Source: Octopus sinensis (Eukaryota). From it: DNA of 64,000 bases. The notes under the pieces were generated by a model. The model was not told the DNA's origin. It ran no database searches and saw only the letters and a list, made by a program, of their open reading frames with translations. The position numbers were made by a program, and so were the translations under genes. This document shows, in pieces, positions 1-12,555 of the stretch. Position 1 is the stretch's first letter, and each line of letters opens with the position of its first letter. The DNA is taken from positions 1-64,000 of the forward strand of contig NW_021836166.1 of NCBI RefSeq assembly GCF_006345805.1. The letters run 5' to 3'.

Positions 1-1670
1 CAATCTTGGTAGACCTTGCTGACACAATCTTTCAGGGGGAAGGGACTCTTCTTTAACAGAGCTTTCAAGACGTTCCACTTCCGAAGACTTTTAGCTAGGG
101 CCTCCTCTACGTGACTTGAGAACGTCATTAAGGAGTCGAAAACCACGCCAAGGATCTTCTGGGTGCGCGAAGAGGGAATATGTTTGTCTCCAATAAATAG
201 TTCCAGTCCATTCTTGAATCTTCTATCAGTAGTAAAGAGAGTGAATTGGGATTTAGATGCAGACACACACAACATGTTTGCAGATAGCCAATCACATACA
301 CGGTTGAGGTGTGACTGGACCATTACGACAGCCACAGAAGGAGATTTATCTCTTGCAGCGATAATCAGGTCGTCCGCATAGGATAAGAACATAATGTCTG
401 GGTCATTAGTAATGGGTAGGTCATGTAGAAATAGGTTAAAAAGGAGAGGAGATAAAGGGGAGCCTTGTGGGACACCATTGGGCAGTAGTCTTGATCTTGA
501 AGTAGTATTGTCAATACGGACCCTTCCGCGTCGGCCAGTTAAGAAATTTTCCAAACCACAGTTTGATGTTCGGATGTAAGTTCGAATCAAATATCTTCCG
601 CGTTAGGAGTTTCCTCGGGACAGAATCAAAAGCCTTTTGTATATCGATGGATACTAAGGCCGTCCGTAGGTGTGTTCCCATGTTGAAACCGTCAGTAATA
701 AACTGGGAGACAGAACACAAGTGCGTCGTTGTAGAACGGTCTGGTCTAAAACCGTGCTGGAATTCTGGCAGTTGTAGAACAGGAGAGATTCGCGTTAATA
801 CAAGCTTTTCCAGTACTTTCGATAAGATACAAGTTATTGAGATCGGGTGGTATGAAGAGAGGGCATCCTTTGGTTTCCCAGGCTTTAGAATTGGCGTAAT
901 TAGGGAGTTTTTCCATATATTAGGTATCGTGCGTAAGTTGATGGAGTCGTTGATGGAACCATGGCAGTTAGCCTTCGAGTAATTTTTGAACTTCGTAGGA
1001 CGGCGCGTTGGACAGAAAGGCCTTCTAAGTCTCAGTACAATGGGGTTATGTTCGCTCGAGAAGCCATAACGAACATTCCACGAAATATATCCAGCCAAGG
1101 ATGGAGTGCAGAGAGACAGGTCCGGGGAGGTTGGGCTGTCTCTTCAGCGGGTTGGTGTCCTTGTATGAGCGTATGGGTCGTTTAGGATAGTCAACTTATT
1201 GAGTACGGAAAGGATGTACTCGCCGCGAATGTCGGCCGGTTGAAACCGGAGCCAGAGCGGATGCTTGGCATTTAGGTCGCCGCATAGCAGCAAGTCCGTC
1301 AGTCCGCAAAGTTTCAATAAGTTGGGTGTATACTTTGGGATAAAGGAAGTCGTCGAACTCTGCGGTAAGACATATACATTGCACAATGTAAAATGTCTTG
1401 AGGGTGAAAAAGGAACTTCTATAGAGATTTGCTCAAGAATAGGGTCGCCTTCACACAGGAAGGAAACGAATGTAGTAACGTCGGTAAACACAAGCCATCC
1501 TTGACAATTGTCAATAGTCCTCCACCAAGACTTCTCGTCCGGTCCTTTCGCAGTACAGTGTAGCCAGGGAACCGTGGTGTTGAGGATGACACAGAGAGTT
1601 TAGACTCCTGGATGAGAGCAATGTTCACTTTTAGCCGGGATAGAAGGGAGCGTAACTCCAAGACCAACAA
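1..1670 (-). mobile_element. Non-LTR retrotransposon (APE endonuclease + RT, Jockey/I-like), degraded and internally deleted
   Basis: ORFs give APE motifs (IALIQESKL, GGGLLTIV, GDLNAKH) and RT motifs (WKNSLITPILKPGK, QHGFRPDRST, DIQKAFDSV); GVPQGSPLSP and SYADD read on the minus strand at about 370-480. Confidence 0.93.
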
Positions 1671-1841
1671 CTCGACAGAAAGTCGAAAACTAAAAAATGA
1701 CAGCTCCGCAAAGAAAACGATTACGTCGAAAATTGTTAAAAAAATTTTTTAATTAAATAATAAATGAATCAAACCAAAAACCTAATCCGACACAAAAATT
1801 TCTAGCAATAAGTATGGAGTTGAATGCAGTATTGTATTATA

Positions 1842-1930
1842 CAGTCCTGTCCAAATGTTAGAGGCACCCTATTTTTTCCCTAAAAAGGCACTTATTTATT
1901 ATTTTTCGAAAGATTTTAAAGAATAAATTA
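1842..1930 (+). mobile_element. Tc1/mariner-like terminal fragment
   Basis: TA|CAGTCCTGTCCAAATGTTAGAGGCAC resembles a Tc1 TIR; it lies where Las1 homology ends. Confidence 0.5.
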
Positions 1931-1935
1931 AGTTC

Positions 1936-2475
1936 TTAAAGGAAATTAAACATTTCCAAAGTTTTTATAACTACTCTGAGCCATCCAAGACTCTCGTCCA
2001 CTCCAATGAGGATGACGTCGAAGGATGGAAGCATCCCGTGAGTCACGTCGTGTCTGATTTGGACGACCCAATCGGGAATGTGCAGTTTTCTACAGCGTTC
2101 CACGAGTGACGAGCTGAGTTTTCCTTTGAGTCGTTCACTCATTAAATTGACGAATCGGACTATGGCCGTTCCGTAGGCGAGTTGGTGCATTAGGTTTGCT
2201 TGCTGTGGACGATTTTGCACGACGGTGAGGAGATTTATTGTCGAGTCGATGGCTACGGGCAGTTTGTCGTTCATTCTGCATTTTATGAAGTTGCGAACCT
2301 TGTTTTCCACACAAGCAGTCGATCCAGGCCATGTTTCACGAGTTGTGCATCTTTAGACCAGAGCTCGTTGGAAATATTGACGAATTCTGATCTTAAAACT
2401 CACAGTTAATGCAAACTCGTCAATCCACGCCACGTTGTTTTTATTTAAGCCAAACAAAATCACCGTCTTAACCAT
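1936..2475 (-). CDS. LAS1L: Las1-like ribosome biogenesis nuclease, N-terminal part (3'-truncated)
   Basis: Removing introns 2392-2416 (25 nt) and 2276-2298 (23 nt) gives VAWIDESEF...VWKTRMNDKLPVAIDST...AIVRFVN...IPDWVVQIRHDVTHGMLPS, the Las1 HEPN motif RHxxTH. Confidence 0.88.
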
Positions 2476-2507
2476 TAACTAACACGTTCAGGTGATTCCG
2501 ACACTTC

Positions 2508-3440
2508 TCAACAGTCGAGCCATCTTTTCACGATGTTCCGACCGTGACCCCACACACTTTCTGTATGTACGGTGAATGGTTTGTGGTCCATTTCCACGAT
2601 CCCCCCATTTGCCTCTACGAGAGACTCCAGTGTTCTATGGACAATTTTCCTATCGGTATGGTCCTTCAGTAGGTTGATAGATCTTTCTTGAATTTTTTCG
2701 ATTTTTAGCCGGTTCGTTGCCGCCAGGTTACAGCCCCAATCAGCACATGCATAGCCTATTGTTGGCTCGATATACTGCTTGTAAAGGGTCTCTACCCCTG
2801 GCGGATAAGTTCTCCCACAGTTCCAAAGGAAGGCTTTTACAAAATTGATCTTCTTTATACAGGTTGATACGATCGATCCTACGTGAGGTGAAAAACAGAG
2901 GAAAGTATCAAACGTTACTCCCAATATCTTCTGTGTTTTCTTTTGTGGTATTGGAATTCCGTTCAACGTGACATCAATAGTTTTCGTCCCCATCTTCCTA
3001 TTTTTCGTGAATAGAGTGACTGCTGACTTTTCGGAACATGCATGTAGTCTGTTTTCATATAGCCATCCATATAAGTCGTCCAGTATTCTTTGTAGTCTTT
3101 CCTTCGCGTATTCGACATTTACATCCCTAGATGCGACAACTATGTCATCGGCATAAGAGAGTAGTATGTCATTATTATCCATAGGAACCGAAAGATAATT
3201 CAGAAACAAGTTGAAGAGGGTCGGGGATAAAGGAGAACCCTGGGGTACACCATTGGGCAATAAGCGTGATCTTGAACTCTCGTTCCCGACGCACACTTTC
3301 CCACGACGTCCGCTCAAAAAATTTGCTATCCATAGCTTCATAGGTGTAGAAATTTTTTTACTAAATATCTTTTGAATTAGGATCTTCCTTGGGACGGAGT
3401 CAAACGCTTTTTCAATGTCGATAGTGCATACAATCGATTT
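2508..3440 (-). mobile_element. Non-LTR retrotransposon RT, 3' part (Jockey/I-like)
   Basis: 277-aa ORF with GVPQGSPLSPTLFN, SYADD and KILGVTFD; DIEKAFDSV just upstream. Confidence 0.92.
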
Positions 3441-4419
3441 CTACTTTCATTTACTAAACAATCATTATTTATCAACAAAATTACTTAATTTAAAATATTT
3501 AGGGAAATGAATCCTGCCTTGGAGTAAGCCACTGCGTGTGTTCAGTCTTACTTTGAGACATTCAATTCTACTGACGGGATGGATCCTAAGTGATTTCCCG
3601 TATTTGAACCCTATTGGAGTGGGAAGTCATCGCATAGACTCCAAGAATGTCCTCTAACTAGGGAAAATTGCTGAATGTGTCGGAGACAAGGTCAACTGCT
3701 ATTGTCAGCTGTTCTATTACGTTGGAGTTTGAAGTATTTGTGTGTTGATATTGTAGATATTTTCTATTCTTACATCATTTGAGCACGTCGACGATCAGTT
3801 AGTTAAATTTAGAATTGTGTAAAATATTCATCGGGGACCAACTTATTATTCAACCATTACGGCGGACCGATTGTCGACCTGGCCATTTTCAGAATGATTG
3901 TTATCAATGGCAGTTTTATGAATGATTCATTTTTCTACCACGCATTTTCTCGATTTCTACACACACCTTCTTCCTTTCTTCATTCTCTTCTTTAAACCTC
4001 CGAGAAAATGCCTCTCGCTGTTTGAATGTCCAAATTCTAAAATAAATTAGTATCATATTTGGTTGATTCGATACTACGACATTTTCCGACTTTTGCCATT
4101 TCTACTTATAAACAAGTTAAGAATAAACTCCACGTATGAGACTAATAAGAGAATGTCAAACAGAAAGGTATGATTAAAACCAGGTCTGTAAGTCCACAAA
4201 TTGGAATAAACCAAGAATGCCTGGAATGTAACACACCTTCATTAATAGCTCGATTCGTGAAAATATAATTTGGAGATTTAATTGCAATAAAACGTCAGGT
4301 GGTGTTGTGGGACACGAATGGCCAGTAGCAAGGACGTGATTTGCCTATACGCGTTCATTCCCATTAAATTCTCTATCTAAACAAATTCATTTCTCAAAGT
4401 AGTATTCCAATAAGTAAAC

Positions 4420-4930
4420 ATGGAGAATGCATTCGGACTCGTGGTCGACCTCACCACCAACATAAGCGTCACTCACGTGGTCGAAAACAGTCCTGCCTCC
4501 GAAAACGGAGTCAATAAGGGAACTCCTCAGTCAGACAACCCAGGCGCCCGCGTAGACGAAGTATATGGTCATCGAGTCAGCCCTCTCAACATTGCACAAA
4601 CAATCAGCTCGATTCCTCTCCCCATCGTGGTTTGATTCACTCGTCTCCATTTCGAGGTGTCTGTGACGTTGACTAACCAGCCATGTCAGTTTTACTGTGA
4701 TGACTTGGCAATGGCAGCGGGGAGTGTGTATTGTTTTGTGATATTCTTCCTAAATGTTATATTAGTCACTCATTTAGTGCAGGGGGAGCCACAGTGCTAC
4801 TCGGGTGGGATTCCGTCGGCTTATTGGCTGCGGATGACACTCCAGTCAATGATTGACTTATTCAGAGAGATTGGTGGGCAGAGGCCTTCTCAGTAAGCAA
4901 TTGTCCTCACTCCCGCAGTTCGCGAATAGT
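4420..4930 (+). CDS. PDZ-domain protein (possibly tandem PDZ, syntenin-like); intron-containing with an internal stop
   Basis: FGLVV...VTHVVENSPASENGVNKG...VDEVYGHRV fits the PDZ pattern; short candidate introns follow; in-frame TGA at 4633. Confidence 0.55.
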
Positions 4931-5889
4931 GGTGGGGGACACCCCCGTCCTGGTGTCCTTCCAACACGAGGAGGAGTATTCCACGATGCTGGCTATCGCG
5001 ACTGAAATGTGTAGCCGTCTGCTCAGTCTGTAGATTGTCTGATTCCACCCAGTTAGTAAAACTACACAAACTCACCTCGGAGTTGCAGAGACTGGTGTGT
5101 CTCCCTAAGTCGAGTCGAGTGAATTCGCGGAGGGGGAGTCTGTTTGGTGCCATTCTGTCCAATGTGGTGGCCGCGAAGTCTGGAATTGACAGTTTGTGAA
5201 TTTGGTTTTGTTTTAATTGTTATTTTATAGCACCAGTAAGTAGAAGACATTCTCATAACAAGACAAAAGCTCGATTTTGTTACCACCCGACATAACCAGT
5301 CGTGTCTAATATGTAATTTCGCAGAGGAAATGGATTTCGACGAAATAAAGGTTTCTTATCTATATTCCCCGTTTGTGACAGCGTGCCTTCTATAACGATT
5401 TTAATTCATTTAATTAACGCCATTTTTTCTTCGGTCCCGAAAATGGCGAGCACCAGAGGTTTTACTGTATGTAACAAAAATTATTTGTGTTTTTATTGTT
5501 TAGTTAAGTTAAATTTTCAAGTTAATTTTTTTAGTTTGTAGGTTAATAAAGTTATTTTTTGGTTAAATTTTTTATTTTTAGCTTAAATAATTGATTTGAT
5601 GTTTGAAAAATGAACTTCCATGCAAATTGAATTTTTTGGTGTTAAAAAAAGAGGCGTTTCCTTTTTATGCCCCATGCAACCACTGAGGGTTGCATTTACT
5701 AATCCCCCTTATTTGTTTCATTACCTGACTTTCTTAGCCTGTAGCATTTTACAGTAGAATGAAAGCAGGTTTTATAAATTCCTATCCATATGGCCATATG
5801 GCCACAGGTAATTTACTTTAAATTATATGTAAACAAGCTAATCAATGACAGTTTTGTCTGCTCCAATATTTTAATACAGTTTTGTCTGC

Positions 5890-6860
5890 CTTGGCTTGAG
5901 ATCCTATTCCGATCTTGCCCTCCCGGCATTCCTATCCGCTCATGACGCTTCTCGTACTCTCTCAGACATCGTTCTTAGAAACCTCCCCGAACGGAAATTG
6001 TCTGAAGTTTACTCTGCAGCCCGTGGTCGGTGGGAGGCTCGGTTTGGTTCGAAGCTGCCCAACTCTCAATCTGTACAGCGTCAATGGGACGAAATCTTTT
6101 GTCAGGCAATCTTCGAAGGCCTGCTTCCTGTCTCCAATCAACACCGTGTCGCTTTCCTCCGTGCAGGTCGCTGTGAAGGCAGCGGTGTCTGGTTAAAGGC
6201 TCTCCCTCTCCCTCCATCGGGAACCTGTTGGATAAGGAATGCCTAAGAATTGCAATCTCCCTCCGTGTCGGGCTGAAAATCTGCCAGACGCACAAATGCC
6301 GTTGTGGGGGAACTGTTGACGAGTACGGTTTGCATCCCCTCGCTTGCCGGCGGAGTGCCGGTCGTGCCCCCCGTCACAGTGAACTCAACTCAGTCATACA
6401 GAGAGCCCTCGCTTCAGCAGGCATCCCGTCAATCCTTGAACCTGTTGGTTTGGATAGAGGGGATGGCAAACGCCCTGACGGCATGTCCACCTTCCCCTAC
6501 GATCAGGGGAAATCCCTTATTTGGGATTCTACCTGCTCGGACACGTTCTCGCTGGGAAATCTCGCTCTGTCCGCCGCCAATCCTGGGCACGCTTCCAGGC
6601 AGGCCGAGGAGCGAAAGATTCTCAAGTACGGCCACCTCTCCAACTCGCTGTTCTTTACTCCAATTGCCGTGGAGTCCTCCGGGATCTTCGGTCCCAAGAC
6701 ACTCCGCTTCCTTCGCTCGCTCGGTCGACGGATTTCAAGGACTAGTCACAATCCAAGAGAGTTTTCTTGGCTCCTGGAACGTCTGTCGATTGCTGTGATC
6801 CGAGGGAACGGCTTCGCCATTCGCGAGGCTGGTCGGGTGTCTCGTGAGGCCTTTAATTAA
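5890..6860 (+). mobile_element. CRE-like non-LTR retrotransposon 3' part (CCHC + restriction-like endonuclease)
   Basis: CRCG...HPLAC, RHSELN, DGKRPDG, WDSTC and PIAVESSG motifs; A-rich tail at about 6888. Confidence 0.9.
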
Positions 6861-7274
6861 CATAGCTATCTTTAATTTCTTTCTTGCAAAAAAAAAAGTA
6901 ATTACAAGTACAGGTCAAAAAAAAAAAATTTTAATTAATTCGTCAATTATTAGTCAATTCTACCTAATTCTCTTAAAATTTTCCCCATCCTCAGTGACGT
7001 TTAATTCTGCTCAGATATTAGAATTAAGGTTTCTTATCTATATTTCCTGTTTGTGACTGCGTGCCTTCTATACTAAGTCCTTTGATATCGTTTAAAAACA
7101 GTACATTAATGGAATTCTGGTGCGAAATAAGAATTGTATATCCATTACTCAGTTAATTCCATTTCACATAACATATCTGTGAAACGGCAATGTCACATCG
7201 TGTATATTTAAAGTCAAAGTATTGAAATCGTCTTAAAGTAGAAGATGATAAAGCCGAACATTGATACTTTAAAC

Positions 7275-9347
7275 CAGTGATTCTCAAGTGCGGCCCCTGG
7301 GGCCGCATGCGGCCCCTAGGATTTAATTTGCGGCCCCTAGGTTTTATAAATGTTTTATTTTTTAATTTAATATTTTTAAATTTTATGAATAAAAAAATGT
7401 CACGTTTTTATTTGTTGTTGTGATGTCTGATTCTAAACGTTGTCGAAAACTTTCCGAGGAAAATAGGATTTTTCAACACATCTGGGAAGAAAAATATTTC
7501 ATTATTGAGATCAATGGAAAGGCTCTTTGCCTAATATGCCATTCTATTATTGCAACTCTAAAAACGTATACAATCGAACGGCACTACCGTTTCCACTCTA
7601 TTCTTTATGACAAATTCACTGGTGTTTCTCGGACGAAAAAACTAAAACAAATGAAAGAAGATTATTTAAAACGATCATTTACTTTCAAAAGTGGCACATA
7701 TTCGTCTAATATTAACCTGGCATCATACAAAATTAGTTACCTATTGGCTAAAAATATGAAGCCTTATTCTGATGGCGAATTATATAAAACGGCAATCGAA
7801 ATATTTGCATCGGAATGTTGTTCGCCCGCTGTTTTCGATATTGCACACAAGTTACCTCTAAGTAACGATACTGTTACTAGAAGAGTCAGTGATATATCTG
7901 ATAATCTGATTAACGAACTTTTACAGTATGCAAATTGTTTTGTAATTTTTAGAATTTGTAAAGATTTTCAATATTATTCTTTTGCGCTTGATTGTTCCAA
8001 AGATATTTCAGATATCGAACAATTAGTAGTGTTTATAAGGGGAGTAACATCTGACTTTCGAGTATACGAAGAATTTTTTCATTGAATTCACTTCACGGAG
8101 AAACTAAAGGAACACAGATTTTTTCTCCAATTGTGAAATTAATTGAAGATTATCAACTGGATCCAAAAAAATTAGTTTCAATTTCAACTGATGGAGCCCC
8201 TTATATGATTGGCAGTAAAACTGGTTTTCGTGGACGTATGAATAAATGGAGGTGTGATAATAACTGGACTCCAGTATTATGGCATCATTGCATTATTCAT
8301 CAGGAAAACCTAATTTCCAAAAATATTAAAATGGAAAATGTTTCTGAAGTAGTGATAAAAATTGTCAATTGGATTCGGGCGAACGCCTTGAATCACCGAA
8401 AATTTAAAACATTTTTAACTGAAACCGATTCGGATTATGGCGATGTCCTTCTTTTCTCAGTAGTAAGATGGTTAAGCCGTAGCTCTTGTCTCAAAAGGTT
8501 AATTTCTTTTATATTTAGATTTTATCAACTTCTCCCTGAAATTATTTTATTCACTGAAAATAAAGTGGACAATGCATTATTGAAAGACAATAGATGGGTA
8601 GCAGATTTAGCATTTTATGTGGATCTATCGGTGCATCTGTCTGCCCTAAATGTCGAACTACAAGGGGAAAATAAGCTAAATTATCAAATTTATGGATATA
8701 TAAATGCCTTCGTTAAGAAATTAATTTTATGGAAAGCGCAGATATCAAATAATGATTACACACATTTTCCTTATTTGTCAGAAAATTCCGAAAGTGGCTC
8801 AACTGATAAATATTTAAAAATAATTGAAGATTTAAATTTGCAATTGATGCAAGATTTCAGGTTTTTAGTATTTAATTTAAGCTGACAGAGCTTTAAAGAA
8901 GGTGCAAATTCAATGAGATTATTTGCATCTCCATTAATTATGAAAAGTGAGGAGGTTTCCGGGATTTACCAACTGGAATTGATTGATTTGCAAAATGATG
9001 TTGAACTGAAAAGTTTGTTCAACAACATTTCAATAATTGACTTTTATTCGAGAATTCCAGAGAACCGATTTCCGAATTTAGTCAATAATGCAAAGAAAAA
9101 TTTAGCAATGTTTGGATCAACATATGTCTGCGAATCGACATTTAGTAAACTCGTTCGAATTAAAACAAAGTTTCGCAGCAGATTGACTGATACTCATCTG
9201 AGTGATTTGTTACGTACTTCAACAAGTAGAATTAAACCTAATTTTGATTATTTGGTTAATAAATAATTCTTAAAAATTATTTGCGGCCCCTGTAAATTTT
9301 TTTTTTTTAATTTGCGGCCCCTGAGCAAAAAAGCTTGAGAATCACTG
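7275..9347 (+). mobile_element. Full-length hAT (Buster/SPIN/GTF2IRD2-like) DNA transposon with three micro-introns
   Basis: 14-bp TIR CAGTGATTCTCAAG; perfect 8-bp TSD CTTTAAAC (7267-7274, 9348-9355); transposase motifs STDGAPYM, HCIIHQ, RWLSR, FGSTYVCESTFS; introns 7926-7952, 8498-8518, 8861-8888. Confidence 0.97.
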
Positions 9348-9494
9348 CTTTAAACTCTAAATGCAAGTACAATTAGGCAGTTTAATTACATTATAAATTT
9401 TTATTAATAAGATTTGATTTGCCACCCGCACTAAGAAAACTTTCAAGAATTATTTTAATTAATCCCTAATTATTAAGTCCTTGTTTTTTTAAGT

Positions 9495-9712
9495 TTTCTT
9501 TTTAGTTGTTTTGCGGCGGTAACAACGGTAGGACGCACGTGACATCCCATCCAAAAGTTCATTCATGTTTGGAATCCGTATGTGGTGAGATGTCATGACG
9601 GCGTCACTTGTCATAAAATTCACTCAGACCCAATCGGAGCTTCCTGCACAGGCAGCCGCTGGGAATCGAACCCTTGACCAAGGAGATTACTAGCAAATTC
9701 TAGACCACTTGT
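9495..9712 (-). mobile_element. tRNA-derived SINE-like element
   Basis: Minus strand has A-box-like AGTGGTCTAG and B-box GGTTCGATTCC, then a non-tRNA body and an A-rich end. Confidence 0.55.
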
Positions 9713-10019
9713 ACTTATTAAGAACAAGAAAGTTTTTTTAATTTTTAAAAAGTCCAAAATAAATCTCTGACAGCAATAAACTTGATGACGTCCTCAATGT
9801 CCATGCTTCTCCAGATATGCTTGGGCAGTCTCTTGTTATGTCCAGAACTGAAAAACGACCGACAAGACATGACATGGCTGGCAACAATAATTAAGACACT
9901 CAATAGGGGAGCCCTCAGGTTTTCTTCTTTTAGACATTCAGATGAGTAAAGAGGTTGCCTATTTATGTGTTGTTGTGTGTACATGTCGTACATATTACCC
10001 TGGCTGGTGAATAGCTATT

Positions 10020-10181
10020 AGATAGGTGGATCAAGCCATATTGTCAGAGGAGGAGCGTGTGGTGGTACTGCGGTTTGAGCACGACTGGGAAATAATATGC
10101 ATGATGATTGACGAGGTGCTGTATAAAATAGCTGAGAAAGTAAAGAACTTTCCAGTGATATATTTGGTGGACATAACGAAG
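10020..10181 (+). pseudogene. TXNL4A: Dim1/U5-15kD fragment, intronless, fused in frame to an RT fragment
   Basis: VDQAILSEEERVVVLRFEHDW..CMMIDEVLYKIAEKVKNFPVIYLVDIT closely matches the Dim1 N-terminal half. Confidence 0.92.
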
Positions 10182-10189
10182 ATAGGACA

Positions 10190-10960
10190 TGCATTGAGAG
10201 TGCAGATATTCGACTCAGCGTCTGAGGTTCAGCAAGGGGATCCATTAGGATTTCTCCTATTTGCCTTCGCAATGGACCATATTGCCCAATGGCTGTCAAA
10301 CCCGCTCAATTTCTGGTATCTTGACGATATCCATACGTTGATATTATTTCGGACTTTGGCCAAATGGTTCCAAGTCGGGGTTCACTCTGCTTTCTCTATT
10401 TGATCAGGCTTTCGCATTCCTTTCTGAGAAGGTTGCCGGTCTCAGATTGAGAAATCCAAAAGATCTGTTTGTCCTTGGTTCGCCAATCTTTGGTCGAGGG
10501 ATATCCACTGCTATTGCGGATAAGAAACGTGACTTAGTTCTAACCATGGAACAATTCTCCGAACTTGGTGCACATGTGGGGCTATTTCTCACTAAAAACA
10601 ATATTTGTGTCACTTATTTTGTCAATTCTGTTCTGTTGAACATTTCTAACTGACTGAATTTTCTTCTGCTCACGAATTTTGAAGTGCATCTGGTCTAGTC
10701 ATCTACGAGCTGGATCATTTTCAGAGAAGTTGAGATTCTATTCGCAGTAAAGAGATCGTGGAATGTTTGAAAACAAAGGCCGATCAAATCAAACTCGCCT
10801 CCATTAACGCAGCTGCGGAACCACATTCAGAAGACTGGTTAAATTCTGTCCTACTATCCTCAGCCGGTTTAATCTTGGATGATGAGTTAGTTTGACTTGG
10901 TACCTGTCTACGACTCGGAATCTCTTTATGCCACTACCACTTGTAAAAATGGGGAAAGTT
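10190..10960 (+). mobile_element. Degraded CRE-like RT fragments
   Basis: VQQGDPLG, WYLDD and VLGSPI motifs; decayed WL...ILDD..LRLG segment. Confidence 0.8.
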
Positions 10961-11394
10961 GATAGACTCCACAAAAAACACCAATTTGGCAGATTTACTT
11001 ATAAAACTAATTAAGGAAATTTCAGAACTATTTCATACGTTTCACCACATACACCTTGACTCATTTTTTCCTTAGTAGAGTTGATTTGGTAAATAGACCA
11101 GTTGCAGTAGAAACTACACTAAACACCAATATTGCTGGTTGTTCTTGATTAAACCCTAAAAACCGTGTTTTTGATGACCAATGCATAATTATAATAATAT
11201 AAACACGCGATTAAAATTATGTAAAAATAGCAAATTTATTATCATTTTATATGATCTTTATATCAGTTTAGTCTAAAATTTTTTTGTTTATTTGTTCACC
11301 AGTTTTCTCACTAAGATCAAATAATATTACTTAAATAGCTTTTTTTTATAAAAATATTATGAATTTGTAAAAGAAATCATCAAAAAAAACTAGC

Positions 11395-11570
11395 TACTAT
11401 GAACTGGCTCGCAGGATTGAAAGACAACTCCCGCGTAAAATAGCCAGCGAGATCCTCTGAATAAGGAATATAAATTCCCTCGGATCTCTGGAGCGGTGGG
11501 TGCACAAGCGGCCAAGTTTCTTGAGATGAGCAAGCGTCTTGGCCCCCAAAACACAGGAAGTTTCGACTTC
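11395..11570 (-). mobile_element. CRE-like RLE 3' end fragment
   Basis: Minus strand reads VETSCVLG...ISLAILRGS. Confidence 0.6.
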
Positions 11571-12135
11571 TTTTAAAAATAGATTATTAAAAAAAATATT
11601 TTCTTACAATAAAATTAAGTTATCCGTCAATGCCAGTCTTTTTCCTTTGATTTTCATTTAGGATAAGAAAATTGTAGACTTTGTTTGAAATGCCGACTTT
11701 ATTAAGTCAAAACGCCCCAATCCGAGTATAAATACTGCCGATGTTATTTAGACTTTGACGTACACAAATGGCAAGAGTTAACCCCAACTGTAATTGTATG
11801 AGAACTCCATGTAAATGGCAAAAAAACGAATTTATAACGTAATTACAAATTTGAATGGTTTTTTAAAAGTAATTTTACATTTCTATTAGATGGACATTTA
11901 AGAAATGTCAAAAAAAATGTTTTAGTTAATATAAACTTTTATTAGACGATCCTCCAGATTTTAGCATTGATTGGCTTCTCAAAAAATAGTTTTTATTTTT
12001 GATTACTTGCTTTTTTAATAGTTTTATTGATTTCGTCAAATACTTTTTGAACTCACTTTGCGTTTTTGATATTTGTAATTTAAGTTATTTAGCTCTTTAT
12101 GAAATAAATTATCAAATATGAAATAAACGGCAATC

Positions 12136-12350
12136 ATGTCATCTGTCACTTCCCCCGGGTCCGCTGCGGAAAAGGCTGAGACGGCCAAAATTAAAAAATA
12201 CCAAGAACTCGGATGCCGCCTTATATTCGCACCAATCGCTTTGGAGACATCGGGCGTCGCCGGGCTTCTAACCTCGGCCTTCATCAGCGACATCGAGAGG
12301 AAATTGGCCCACAGGATGAAAGAGTCACGCGAAGTTTCGCGGCGTTTCCT
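12136..12350 (+). mobile_element. CRE-like RLE 3' fragment
   Basis: PGSAAEKAETAKIKKY...PIALETSG. Confidence 0.8.
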
Positions 12351-12555
12351 CTCTGCCCATTCCTAACTTAATTTGTTTTCATTTGGGTTAAAAAAAACTT
12401 AAATAAAAAAAAGTCTTTGAAATTATCAATTTATTTGAAAATTGATATGATTTATTTGTATTAAGAATATAAGAATTAAAAAGAAATAAATACGTGTCTA
12501 CAAAATTAGTACAAAATTCTAAAAAGATTAAAACACATAAACATTTTTAAAAGCC

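Noticed and set aside
3508-3800. Structured ncRNA or NTF2-like gene
   Set aside because: Neither a convincing RNA motif nor a consistent spliced frame could be built by eye.
5915-6798. Many overlapping alternative-frame and antisense ORFs over retroelements (also 563-982, 30441-30848, 45384-45897, 58021-59178)
   Set aside because: They overlap motif-bearing TE frames and have no recognisable features of their own.
8070-8090. Programmed frameshift in the hAT transposase
   Set aside because: A single-base loss in a T homopolymer, like several others in the window; sequencing error or decay is more likely.
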